Positions 1 to 12,355 of a stretch of 64,000 bases of DNA are shown piece after piece. The first letter of the stretch is position 1. Every line of letters begins with the position of its first letter. The notes below the pieces were generated by a model that was not told the DNA's origin, searched no databases, and was given only the letters and a program-made list of their open reading frames with translations. The position numbers were made by a program, and so were the translations under genes. This DNA comes from Leucoraja ocellata (Eukaryota). Location: assembly GCA_036785375.1 (NCBI GenBank), contig JAWMAR010001515.1, positions 186,001 through 250,000 of the forward strand. Direction: 5' to 3'.

Positions 1-1222
1 TGAATTTTTTGAAGAGGTTACTAGGGAAATTGACGAGGGTAAAGCAGTGGATGGTGTCTATATGACTTTAGTAAGGCCTTTGACAAGGTTCCTCATGGAA
101 GGTTGGTTAAGAAGGTTCAACTGTTGGGTATAATTGCAGGAGTAGCAAGATGGATTCAACAGTGGCTGAATGGGAGACGCCAAAGGGTAATGGTGGATGG
201 CAGGTGACTAGTGGGGTGCCTTAGGAATCTGTGTTGGGTCCTTTGTTGTTTGTCATGTACATCAATGATCTGGATGAAGGTGTGGTAAATTGGATTAGTA
301 AGTATGCAGATGATACCAAGATAGGGGGTGTTGTGGATAATGAAGAGGATTTCCAAAGTCTACAGAGTGATTTAGGACATTTGGGAGAATGGGCTGAAAG
401 ATGGCAGATGGAGTTTAATGCTGATAAATGTGAGGTGCTACACCTTGGCAGCACAAATCAAAATAGGATGTACATGGTAAATGGTAGGGAATTGAACAAT
501 GCAGTTGAACAGAGGGATCTGGGAATAACTGTGCATAGTTCCTTGAAGGTGGAATCTCATATAGATAGGGTGGTAAAGAAATCTTTTGGTATGCTAGCCT
601 TTATAAATCAGAGCATTGAGTTTAGAAGCTGGGATGTAATGTTAAAATTGTACAAGGCATTGGTGAGACCAAATCTGGAGTATGGTGTACAATTTTGGTC
701 GCCCAATTATAGGAAGGATGTCAACAAAATAGAGAGAGTACAGAGGAGATTTACTAGAATGTTGCCTGGGTTTCAACAACTAAGTTACAGAGAAAGGTTG
801 AATAAGTTAGGTATTTATGCTCTGGAGAGCAGAAGGTTAAGGGGGGACTTGATAGAGGTCTTTAAAATGATGAGAGGGATAGACAGAGTTGATGTGGACA
901 AGCTTTTCCCTTTGAGAATAGGGAAGATTCAAGCAAGAGGACATGACTTCAGAATTAAGGGACAGAAGTTTAGGGGTAACATGAGGGGGAACTTCTTTAC
1001 TCAGAGAGTGGTAGCGGTGTGGAATGAGCTTCCAGTGGAAGTGGTGGAGGCAGGTTCGTTGGTATCATTTAAAAATAAATTGGATAGGCATATGGATGAG
1101 AAGGGAATGGAGGGTTATGGTATGAGTGCAGGCAGGTGGGACTAAGGGAAAATAATTGTTTGGCACGGACTGTTAGGGCCGAGATGGCCTGTTTCCGTGC
1201 TGTAATTGTTATATATGTTATA
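1..1222 (+). mobile_element. CR1-clade LINE, 5'-truncated 3' fragment (RT C-terminal half plus 3' UTR)
   Basis: ORF 231..1145 has LGPLLF..YINDLD, SKYADDTK, WQMEFNADKC, RPNLEY.VQFWSP and FFTQRVV..WN.LP, all typical of CR1 ORF2; indels upstream; short simple-repeat tail. Confidence 0.93.
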
Positions 1223-1322
1223 CCGAAGATAGATAGAAAATACGAGAGTAAATCTGCGGGTCAGGCAGCATCTCTAGAGAAAAGGAATAGGTGATGTTTC
1301 AGGTCGAGACCCTTCTTCAGAT
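1222..1322 (-). mobile_element. Penelope-like terminal-repeat fragment with degenerate hammerhead motif
   Basis: Matches the terminal sequence of the Penelope-like copies at 12356 and 20470; minus strand reads CTGAAGAAGGGTCTCGACCTGAAACATCAC. Confidence 0.75.
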
Positions 1323-2755
1323 GGTGCTGTTATATAGCATACCTCATATAATGGACCTTTCCTGGCTCAGACATCATTGCTGGGTCCCCAAGGCGTGCTG
1401 GTGTCAATGTTGCAGGTTTTGTTATCAGATCTGCAGCTTCAGAAACTAGACATTTTGCATGCTAACCATAGGAGATGCATTCGAACATCATTTCCCTGCG
1501 ATATATTTTGTGCATAAGGTTACCTGTGAGCTTTGAATGCGGTTGACAGTGTTAATGTGACACACAACACTGATACATAATATAGTTAGATTTCCTAAAG
1601 TGCCTTTGCTCCCAATTCTTGCAGTCGCCGTACATTTCTGACCCTGGTGGTTGCATCTTGCTCTGTACAATGCCTTGATGTACTCTGACAACACTGAAGG
1701 GCCAAATAGGCAGGACGAATCATTTAAAGTGCTGATAACATTTACAGTCTCTGGCTGTTCTGTAAATTCCTGCTAACAATCTGATATAAATTTTATTAAA
1801 ACCACGTTTCACATACAAACTTTGATTAAAAACGAGAATGACAAATGGCCGTGATTGAACGTGGGGTAATGTTCTCACTGACAGAGCACAGGTGATGACA
1901 CAAGGCACTGCCACAGAGCTCCAGCAGGTCATGACCATTATCGAACGCCACAGGCAAGATTACAGTCTTGAACTCACTCAGCTGCATCTATTATTTTTTG
2001 TGTTACACACAATGGATTTTGCAGCATTATTTCTTCCTTACAATTTCATGGTGGAGGTTGTAATCAGCAGTTAATAGCTCTAAAATTCACACTGCAGCAC
2101 TTAAACATTGCGATATAGCCATTGTTAGGGTCTTGACTGATGATTCGAAGTGACTATCGGGGAGAAATATGCACTCTGTAAATATTACAGAGCAATTTAA
2201 TAAAAGATATTAGGTAATTTAAGTTGTTAAGTGTTTAGATACCAATGCAAGCACCAAATCTCAGGAAGTTCATTTTCAGCGAGAAATGTGCCTGTTAAAA
2301 ACAGATTAAATGATTTGATGAAATCTGTGTACAATCTAGTGAAGCAGTTTATAATTATTCAGGCGATATGGATGTCTCTTTGGATGACAGAGGGAGACCA
2401 TTGTTTCTCCTGCACGACTGAAGCCAGGATATGAAAATCCCACTGATTTATGAAATGGTGCATCAAAATGCGATGCCGTACAGACAAACAGTAGTGATTA
2501 AACCCTAGTTAATTAAAAATGCATCAGCTATTGCCTTCAAAAGTAATTGCAAAAAATATGCACTGACTTAGGCAGCTGTAGAAGGAAGATTTTTCATTAT
2601 TTTAAAATGTCTTTCACGCAGACAGTGTACGAGCAAATATCTTGCCTCATGAAAAGATAATTCAGATTCTGCAAAAAATTATGTACATACTGCTGTAGAA
2701 CTAATCAACCAGCTTTTAACTTTCTCAAAAATTATTGGCTGCTGAAAATGTTTAT

Positions 2756-3005
2756 TGTAACAATGTGGCGGCACCTGGTGGCTAGCCACGGGCATAGCGA
2801 ATCCTCGGCTCAGGAGGGAGGGGTTGAGCGTCTCGGAGTGGGAGGCGTAGGGTCATGGGGTGTGGCCCTGGGTATTTAAGGTCGGGTAACGCCCGTGCAC
2901 GGTTTGGAGTAGGGAGCAGCACGGTAGTAGTAATAAAATACATTTCGTTCTCACAACTTTGTGTTAGACTAATTCGTGGCTGGACTCCTGTGAGTTCCCG
3001 CTACA
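2756..3005 (+). repeat. 5' LTR of Gypsy-type retrotransposon
   Basis: Begins TGTA and ends TACA; TATA-like TATTTAA near 2873 and AATAAA near 2932; followed by PBS-like AGGTGACCCCGA at 3007. Confidence 0.7.
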
Positions 3006-4008
3006 CAGGTGACCCCGATGAACAGGATTGTAATCCTGGAAAAATTTCAGAGAAAAATGCACCCCGCTCAACCCGCCACTGCCGCCTATGAGGCTGAACT
3101 TAACGTGGTAGCCCTGAAGCCATCTACCTTTTGGTTGCCGTTCCATGTCTGCGGCGTGATGATCGACGAGATCCGTTACCATTACGTGGTAAGTGCTCCC
3201 GACCAGGAAGCGGCCGGTCGGGTTGTGCCATACCTGGATAATCCCCCGGCAGTGAGGAAGTATGCAGGCCTAAGGAACGGCTGCTCCGGATTTTCGGGCC
3301 GAGCCGCATGGAGCGAGTGAATGTGCCGTTGGGTCCTTCGGGGACGGTTATCCCCGCGGCCTGACGCCTTATCCCACCCATCATTCCAGGCCACGGTTGC
3401 CATGGTGGCGGCAAGATTCATCTGGCACGGTCTACGGAAGCAGGTCGGTCGCTGGGCACGGGCGTGCATCCGATGCCAGTCGTCCAAGATACATCGGTAA
3501 GTCCAGGCACCAATACAGGATTTCTTGGTTCCACACCGGCGGTTCAACCAAGTGCACATGGACATCGTGGGGCCACTGCCGCCATCCCGGGGTGTGTCAC
3601 ATCTACTGCCGGTGGTAGATAATTTTACACGGTGGCCAGTGGCCATCCCACTGGTGGACACTTCCGCCCAGTCGTGCACTCGGGCCCTTGTGGCAAATTG
3701 GATTGCCCGCTTCGGGGTTCCCCTGGATATCACTTCAGACAGGGGCACCCAGTTCACATCGATCTGTGGTCCGCAATGGCCTGCCTGCTGGAGACGCAGC
3801 TCCACCATTCGATAGCATACCATCCCTAGTCGAATGGTTTGGTAGAGCGGTTCCACCGCTGTCTCAGGGCCGCCCTGAGAGCTCACCTTACGGGCCCGGA
3901 GTGGATGGATGAGCGGCCATGGTGTTGGGGATTCGTACTGCCTCTAAGAAGGATTTGGCATCATCCTCGGCAGAGTTGGTGTATGGCGCTCCGCTCGCCG
4001 TCCCAATG
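2756..4008 (+). mobile_element. Gypsy/Ty3 LTR retrotransposon remnant (gag N-terminus joined to integrase; internally deleted and frameshifted)
   Basis: Gag-like VALKPSTFW..YHYVVSA; integrase zinc-finger remnant (WARACIRCQ) and core VHMDIVGPLPPS..VDNFTRWP..WIARFGVP..ITSDRGTQFTS, then VERFHR; no protease, RT or RNaseH seen. Confidence 0.9.
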
Positions 4009-4964
4009 GACACAAAGTAACTCAGCAGGCCTGACCCCAGCTCTGGGGAAAAAGGAAGGGTGACATTTTGGGACGTTTTGGGAAAATATTAAGACTTATC
4101 AATGTGTAGGAAAAGTAGGTAAGAAAAAAAAGACTTGAAGTACATGTCCTTGAGAAGTTATTAATTTAACTTCATGTACAATCATTAAAATATAATTGCT
4201 CTAGTAAAATCAATACTTTTGGACATTGCTACCAGTACAACCTCAGACTTAATTCCCAAGTTCCAGCATCTATACACTCTTGTTTCACTAGAAACAAACT
4301 TGCCTCCAACTATGTAATTACCTCTGTGTTCCTTATTCCATAAATGATTACTTCAAAGATGGGCCTAAAGATCAGGCTATAGATAAAGACAATAATTAAA
4401 ATAATGTTTTCTATATCTCAGTTACTAAATGAAAACACACCACAGCAGTTCCACATTGGTTTTCAGTTCATACTGTAAGTGATAGGAGCAGAATTAGGCC
4501 ATTCGGACCATCAAGTCTACTCTGCCATTCAATCATGGGTGATATATCTTTCCCTCTCAAACCTATCTTCCTCCCTTCTCCCCATAACCTCTGGTGCCCA
4601 TACTAATCAAGAACCCAATTTTTGTGGGAACGCTCTGACCAATATGCTTTACCCACTCATTATAAGATACGCGCATTTAGAAATTTACAATGAGAATAAT
4701 TGAATTAGTGGGACAGTAATGACAGATTGAAGTAAAAAGATGATTTCTAAGTATTTTAGTTGGTCATATCCTCAACATACATATTCAAAGGTTCCCAGTA
4801 GTGCTGACTTCTTGCAATTGATGGACTGACTCACTGCTGCATTCACTGCATTGCAATTTCCATGTCACATTTTCGTTATTTGGTGAAAGCATCTTTGCTT
4901 AGAAATTCATCCTCAGTTACTAGCAATAAATGCGTATTATAGCGTCATCATATTACATTCTGCC

Positions 4965-7210
4965 CAGGGCCAGATTTACGTATAAGCTAGACAAGCTTAA
5001 GTTTAGGGCCTTGAGATCTAAGGGGGCTTATGCTCGCTGCACCAAGATGTGTTATAATTTTGAGTAGTGGCGTTGTTACAAAACCTACCATCAGTGGCGC
5101 TGTGGGATAGTGGCATTGTTACAAAACCTACCAGTGGTGGCGCTGTGCTTGCGATTCCGGAGGCTTTGGTGGTGTGGGGGGGGGGGGGGGGGGGAGGGAT
5201 TAAAATGCAGGTGATGTATATATTCGTTGTGGAGAGGAATTTGCTCCACAGATCCTTGCATCATTGGAAGTGCAGGACAACGGAAAAGGTATGTAGTTTA
5301 ATTTAACCCTTTTCCCTCGTTGCCGCACAAGGGGCCTACACATCTCCACGCCGCACAGGGGGCCTACACATCTCCACGCCGCACCTGGAGCGGACGCACC
5401 TTGCCGCCGCACGGGGGGGCCTTCCCAATTTGCCGCCGCACCTGGGGTGGAAGCACCTCGCCGCCCCACCGGACCCATCAAACCTCGCCGCCCCACCGAC
5501 CATCCGCCCACCGGGACCTCCCACATTTTGCTCGCCACTCCACCGCCCTCCAGCAGCCTGCAGCTGTCGCCTTACCTGCAGCCTGGACTCATCACGGCCT
5601 GAATTTTCCACCAAAGATACTAGAAGAGCTCCTCTAGTATCTTTGGTTTCTAAGCTGCAGGCTTTTATTATTTATTCTAATATTCTAATATTCTAATAAC
5701 CGTTGAATATTAATTTTTCTTTGTATTTTCAGATTCCAATCTGAGCACGAGTAAAAAATTTGAAAGTGGTGCTAGCAAGCGCAAGAGAAAGAGACTTGAA
5801 AATGATACGGTGAAGAAGTTAAGACCAATCACTGCTTTCTTGGGTCAGCCACAGACAGAGGCAACATGTGCCAGCGGTGAAGCAGATACATTGCTACTAA
5901 CACAAGGAAATCAGTCTGGTGAAGCTATCCAGCCATATACTAGCATTCAACCAGAAGAAAACCTCCCTGAAACAGAAGCAGCAAAGCAGGACGTGGAACA
6001 GCAAGCTGAATATGAGGAAGCAGCCATGATGCCGTCTCAAAATGAAAATATAGAACTGATTGATGATTCCAAATATAGATGTATTGCAACAGACGTTGGT
6101 TTGTGGACAGAATTATCGCATGAGGACGTATCGTATTGGGTAGAAAGCGGCCCCTCTCAAGTTCAGCATCGTTGTGGACCGTTTTCAAATTCCAAGTGAG
6201 TGTATAAAAGTCAGTCTAGGTCTTGCACCAAGGCTCTTTTTTATTCAACAAAAGTCAATGGAGAAACATATAGCCGAGAGTGGCTTGTGTATTCTCCCTC
6301 AAAAGGCTGGATATATTGCTTTGTTTGTAAACTCTTTCCAAACATTGCGTCTTATTCTTCTGCTACATCTTTAACTTCTGAAGGATTTGATGATTGGCGA
6401 AACCCCTATTTTAACCAAACTCATGAAAACTCAGAGAAACACAGGAATGCCATGTTGACCTACTTAACAAGAAAGCGAGGGCAAACCTTAACTTCAAAGC
6501 TACAGGAACAAATAAAAGCAGAGCAGCAGTACTGGCGGCATGTCATGGAGAGAATTGTTGCCGTAATATGCACTCTTGCCGAACGAGGCTTACCATTCAG
6601 AGGAGACAATGAACAATTTGGATCTCCAAATAACGGCAATTTCTTGGTGTTTTGGAGCTAGTTGCAAAATTTGATCCATTTTTACTGGCTCATATCAATC
6701 GGTATGGAAACTCCGGATCAGGAAATCCCTCTTATTTGTCAAAAACTGTATGTGAGGAAATAATTCAACTCATGGCAAAAAAAGTTAAGGATGCAATTCT
6801 GGCTGACTTGAAAAAGGCTGGATATTTCAGCTTGTCAGATTCCACCCCTGACATTTCACATACTGATCAGTTGACTTTAATTATCAGATATGTATCAACT
6901 GAAGACGGTTTACCAAGTGAGAGATTTATAACTTTCCTTGAGCTAAAGGACCACTCAGGAGAAAGCATGGCTGATTTTGTGTTTAACTATCTCACCACTG
7001 AGCTTGAAATTTACTTTAGAAAATGCCGAGGGCAGTCTTATGACAATGCTGCCAACATGGCTGGTAGGTACAAGGGTATGCAGCAAAGAATCCTCGAAAA
7101 AAACAAATTTGTAAGATTTATTCCAAACGCTGCTCACTCATTAAATTTGGTGGGCCGTTCGGCTGTTGATTGCTGCCTTGATGCAGTGAACTGTTTTGGA
7201 ATTATCAATG
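4965..7210 (+). mobile_element. hAT-superfamily (Tip100/ZMYM1-like) DNA transposon, left end plus decayed transposase
   Basis: Left terminus CAGGGCCAGATTTA at 4965; GC-rich subterminal repeats 5320-5560; transposase motifs downstream; right end not seen. Confidence 0.85.
5733..7210 (+). pseudogene. hAT transposase pseudogene (TTF-type zinc finger, DUF4371-like region, DDE core)
   Basis: WLVYS..IYCFVCKLF..THENSEKH, LPFRG, YFSLSDSTPDISHTDQL, RGQSYDNAANMAG, NAAHSLNL; in-frame TGA at 6197-6199, frameshift near 6650, truncated near 7210; acceptor-like ttttcag just before 5733. Confidence 0.85.
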
Positions 7211-7211
7211 A

Positions 7212-7676
7212 TATAAAAAGGCAGCCAGCATAATCAGATATCCGCACCATCCTGGCCACACACTCATCTCACCACTGCCATCGGGAAGAAGGTACAGGAG
7301 CCTGAAATCTGTAACATCCAGGTTCAGGAACAGCTTCTTCCCTACAGCCATCAGGCTACTAAACACTACAACCTCATANNNNNNNNNNNNNNNNNNNNNN
7401 NNNNNNNNNNNNNNNNNNNNNNNNNNNNNNNNNNNNNNNNNNNNNNNNNNNNNNNNNNNNNNNNNNNNNNNNNNNNNNNNNNNNNNNNNNNNNNNNNNNN
7501 NNNNNNNNNNNNNNNNNNNNNNNNNNNNNNNNNNNNNNNNNNNNNNNNNNNNNNNNNNCTCGTTTATCATATTATTTACGGTGTACTATGTTTACATATT
7601 CCATTGTGCTGCAGCAAGTAAGAATTTATTTGTTCTATCTGGGACATATGACAATAAAACACTCTTGACTCTTGAC
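7212..7676 (+). mobile_element. Rex1/Babar LINE 3' end spanning the assembly gap
   Basis: HPGHTLISPLPSGRRYRSL..RFRNSFFPTAIRLLN before the gap; AATAAA and TCTTGAC tail repeats after it. Confidence 0.8.
7379..7558. other. Assembly gap (180 N)
   Basis: Run of N. Confidence 1.
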
Positions 7677-8123
7677 ACTTTTTTCCAAAGGTGAAGATGG
7701 ATGTTAAAGACTAGAGGGCATAGTTTTAAGATGAAAAGGGTAACCTTTAAAATACCTTTGCAGAGGATTTTTTTTTAATATAAAGGGTAATGGGTGGTTG
7801 GAACATACTGGAGTTTTAAACTTCTGCGTTTACCGAATGTTCTGCCAATTTGCTGCCAATGGTAGCAGGAATCGTCATACTGTCTTCAGGTAGGAGGGGT
7901 GGTAGAAATTAAGTCACTACCCAGAACAGAGATGATCCCTTCAACGTAAGTACAGATTGCCTTTTCCTTCTAACACACAACCTTTAAAGAAACATGATAA
8001 TCCTGCAGACAGGATTAATATTGTTGACAGCTGTGATGACAGATTGTTGACTGCAGGAATGCACAACCTTTAGTCAATGCCTACGTGCCTGCATCTTAAT
8101 GTCCTTTAAATGTGTTTCATCAG

Positions 8124-8302
8124 CAACTAAACACAAAATGCTAGAGTAACTCAGCCGGGCAGGCAGCATCTCTGGAGAGAAGGAATGGGTGACGTTTTGG
8201 GTTGAGACTCCAGCATTTGTGTCACCCGTCCCACTGAGTTACTCCAGCATTTTGTATCTATCTTCCGTGTAAACCAGCATCTGCAGTTCCTTCCCACACA
8301 CC
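8124..8302. mobile_element. Short Penelope-derived inverted unit with 11-bp TSD
   Basis: ACACAAAATGCTAGAGTAACTCAG...CTGAGTTACTCCAGCATTTTGT in inverted arrangement; TGTTTCATCAG at 8113-8123 and 8303-8313. Confidence 0.75.
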
Positions 8303-8602
8303 TGTTTCATCAGAGACAGGTGGAGATTAAGTTGTAGGTTTTACTTTCAAACTGAGATAACATTCCAGGTCCAGGACCCTTTGTCAGAAAATTGAACATC
8401 TTACCTGATACATCTGTCTTGGACCTAAAACTTTAACTGCGTTTCTCTTTCTACAGATTCTATCCGACCTCTTATGTGCCTCCAGCATTTTCTGCTTTAG
8501 CACAAGCCCTTCCCCATTCAGCAGATGACATGTGCAAACTCATATGTGGATTCTGAATTTTGAAGTGTGATTGCAGCTGTTCAGAGGCTCAAAATGGGAT
8601 GA

Positions 8603-9236
8603 CAGCAGGATTTGAGTATAAGTGCAGGGAGGTTCTACTGCAGTTGTACAGGGTCTTGGTGAGACCACACCTGGAGTATTGCATACAGTTTTGGTCTCCT
8701 AATCTGAGGAAAGAAATTCTTGCCATAGAGGGAGTACAGAGAAGGTTCACCAGGCTGATTCCTGGGATGTCAGGACTTTCATATGAAGAAAGACGGGATA
8801 GACACGGCTTATACTCGCTAGAATTTAGAAGATTGAGGGGGGATCTTATACAAACTTACAAAATTCTTAAGGGGTTGGACAGGCTAGATGCAGGAAGATT
8901 GTTCCCGATGTTGAGGAAGTCCAGGACAAGGGATCACAGTTTAAGGATAAGGGGGAAGTATTTTAGGGCCGAGATGAGAAAAACATTTTTCACACAGAGA
9001 GTGATGAATCTGTGGAATTCTCTGCCACAGAAGGTAGTTGAGGCCAGTTCATTGGCTATATTTAAGAGGGAGTTAGATTTGGCCCTTGTGGCTAAAGGGA
9101 TCAGGGGGTATGGAGAGAAGGCAAGTACAGGATACTGAGTTGGATGATCAGCCATGATCATATTGAATGGCGGTGCAGGCTCGAAGGGCCGAATGGCCTA
9201 TTCCTGCACCTATTTTCTATGTTTCTATGTTTCTAT
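8603..9236 (+). mobile_element. CR1 LINE 3' fragment
   Basis: ORF 8560..9138 LYRVLVRPHLEYCIQFWSP..RRLRGDLI..FFTQRVMNLWNSLP; (TTTCTATG)n tail. Confidence 0.92.
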
Positions 9237-9873
9237 TTTTGAAATTAGATAAGCAGATTGGCAATCCACTCCATCTGATCCCCATTCAGATGGGGGTCAA
9301 ATAATTCCTACAAATAGAACAAAATCTAAATTATAAGAACAACATGGAAACTCAATTCAACACCTGAGGCAGCAATGCTTAGATTTCGTCAGAGTTCTAT
9401 TCACGAGGAGCATCCATTTGCAACATTTCAAAGGCAAAGTGAGCAAAATTTGGTCCCACTGTCACAATCTTATTATTTGCAACACTGACAAGTACATGTT
9501 GCAGGCAGCAATCTATCACATTCCTGGCTGATCTGAAAAGTTTTTTGATATGATCTTCTGGCAGAATTCACAGTCTTCTAGTGAATTGAAGCCTTTATTC
9601 TGCTCTCCATCTTCAAAGATTTATTACAGCTAAAACCGGTGAGGAGATCAGTAGGACTTGGAAAACTAGTTTCTAGATTTGTATCTCACTTACTTTGAAA
9701 ATAATATAGAGGGTGCAGACTGTAACGTATATTTCTGTACTTTTGGTTTGCACTATTGGTGCTGCAAATCGAATTGCAAAAGCTATGGAGCATGGTCATA
9801 TCCACTTAATTTATGCAACAAGTCAAAGTCTCAAACAAATAAATACTTTGATAGATCCTGCCATGTAAATGAA

Positions 9874-9918
<45 letters not shown>

Positions 9919-9922
9919 GTAT
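9874..9922. repeat. (TG)n(TA)n compound microsatellite
   Basis: Direct reading. Confidence 0.9.
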
Positions 9923-11864
9923 ACCTATCCACCCATCACTTGCCACGCTTTGTCCCATCCCTCACCTCTTTTCCAGTTTACCACAATTGGCCCAAGTAAG
10001 AGTCCCGAGCCAAAATGGCACCTATCCATGTTCTCCATTTACGCTGCCTGACCTACTGAGTTACTCCAGCACTTTGTGTCTTTTTTGGTAAACCAGCATC
10101 TGTGATTTTTTATCGCCATGTATTCTCTCTTTTAATGCAATCATAAAGACTTTACACTACCACATAACCATTGGCAGAAGTGACTAACATAAGAATACAA
10201 GAAGATGGAAGCAGGAATAGGCCAGTCAGCCCCTCAAGCTTACCACATTATTCAACGTGATTACAGCTAATCGGCTCCAGGCTACATCTTCTCTTCTGTG
10301 CCCATTCCTCATAACCCTAGATTCCAAGATCTTTCCGAGTCAACACTTCTCACTTGATTATGATTAATGTATCCAATGAATAACTACTTTTTTTTACTAA
10401 CTTAGAACGTAATATTTATTATGAGGAGTTTTGGAAGCACAAGATCCAATATCTTAATAGGTACCTAGTTAAGGGTCAATTAAGGGGAGAAAATACTTTG
10501 TTTTTTTTAAACACATTTTTATTATTGACAGGAAATAGAAATACTACAAGATTTCATTTGAAGCATATGTTCCATAATAGCATAGTGATTCAGATTATTT
10601 TGAAAATAATTTTAAAGTTTTTTAAAAATCAAGAAATACTAGTACAAAGATGGTTGGGACTTCAATTCTAAACTAAAATCTTGAACATTACAAATGTTTG
10701 TTATAAAATCTAAGGCAAGATTATGTAACATCAGCATAATATTCCACACAGTAAACTGAATGCTAAACTAATATTTTTTTCAGGTAGTTAGTTAATGTAA
10801 AATAAACAGTGCAATTATTAAATAATCCTACAAGGTGCTGATTAACATTAAAGTCTCAATGTGTTGCAAAAAACTTTCCATATGCCCCTTTATTAAAATG
10901 TGTCATATGTTGTATAAAATTCTATTTCCCATTTGCTGGATTATATCAACCCATTTAAATTACACAACCCTTCTGAAATAGCTGAGAAAGGAATTTCAGA
11001 TGAATGAGCATAATAAGTTTTCACATACCGAGTCCTGTAAGGTAATCGTGAGGGCTGGAACAGTTCCTTACTTAGAAATCAACATGATTAAATGTTGCCA
11101 TAGTGCTCTATTGTACAATCAGTGCACAAAATTAGTGTATGTATATTAAACCGTATTCGTAAGGAAATACAATTCAGTGTTCAAAGGCTCCAATAGCTAA
11201 TTTAGCAATTTCCTTTTTTCCAAAATTCTGTCAGTATGTGAAAAAAATAGACTAATGCATTATTCAAGCAATATTGGACACATGAGAGTACTGTCTTGCT
11301 AAACTAATTAGAAGTAGAATAACTGAAGGATAAGTCTGAAGGTCAAGGCTATCAATCATCTCGCAAATCCTCATTTTGGCAAGTGAGTACATAGAGCTCA
11401 TTACTGTTACCATGCCTTAAGGAAAGCTATTTTTCAGTTTATACCATAAAAAGAATCAGATATTGCTTCACACAATCCTGTTATGTCTATGTATAAATCC
11501 ACAGCAGTAGCACATTGTGATGTCCATGCTGCCTTACTGATCCTGGGATGACAATTTGGGAATGCAGTCAATCAAATGTAAGTTCAAATTCCATGGACAT
11601 GGAGCTTCAGTGGTTGAGTTTGGCTTATAATTGAGCCCAGTAGTCACTAGAAATTGTTAAAGATATGACTTAATCAAAAGGTAAAACTGATAACCATGAG
11701 AATTATATATTTTCTTTATCACAAAGGATGTCAATTTAAATTGGCATTCTTTGTTTTACATCTGGTAATCCAGCAATTGATATTCAATAAAGGCACATAT
11801 ACACAGTGAGCCAGATTTTGTTGGAATAGAGCAATTTGTTTTAGGGGGAAAAAGAAAAGATTTA

Positions 11865-12071
11865 TGCCCCTGTCCCACTTAGGAAACCTGAATGGAAACC
11901 TCTGGAGACTTTGCGCCCCACCCAAGGTTTCCGTGCGGTTCCCGGAGGTTGCAGGTAGTGGAAGCAGGTAGGGAGACTGAAAAAAAACCTCCGGGAACCA
12001 CACGGAAACCTTGGGTGGGGCGCAAAGCCTCCAGAGGTTTCCGTTCAGATTTCCTAAGTAGGACAGGGGTA
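11865..12071. mobile_element. PIF/Harbinger-like palindromic MITE
   Basis: Inverted arms of about 85 bp (TGCCCCTGTCCCACTTAGGAAA...TTTCCTAAGTAGGACAGGGGTA); TTA on both flanks (11862-11864, 12072-12074). Confidence 0.85.
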
Positions 12072-12355
12072 TTACAGACGGTAGTTGGTTAATGAAGAGG
12101 TTTCATTTTAACAAATGTCCATGTCGATTCTGGCTATGTCAGAAAATACTCAAAATCATATCTGCAGAGTTTTTGTAATGAATGGCAAGACTGGACTGAT
12201 AATAAAGAACAATTGCTAAAACTGGAGATAGAGGGGAAACTAGTTTTGCCATTCATGGGACATGAATAATATTATGGGAGCTTGGTTTAATCTCAGTTAT
12301 TCATAACGCAGAGATGTACCCACAAAAAATACTGGAAACCATCTCTGATACAATG

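Noticed and set aside
1330-2700. Possible exons of another gene in TE-poor sequence (minus-strand donor-like sites near 1342 and 1523)
   Set aside because: No recognisable protein similarity and most frames are closed; unsupported without RNA data.
5810-7233. Host ZMYM1-like or domesticated transposase gene
   Set aside because: In-frame stop, frameshift, truncation and a retained terminal repeat indicate a dead transposon.
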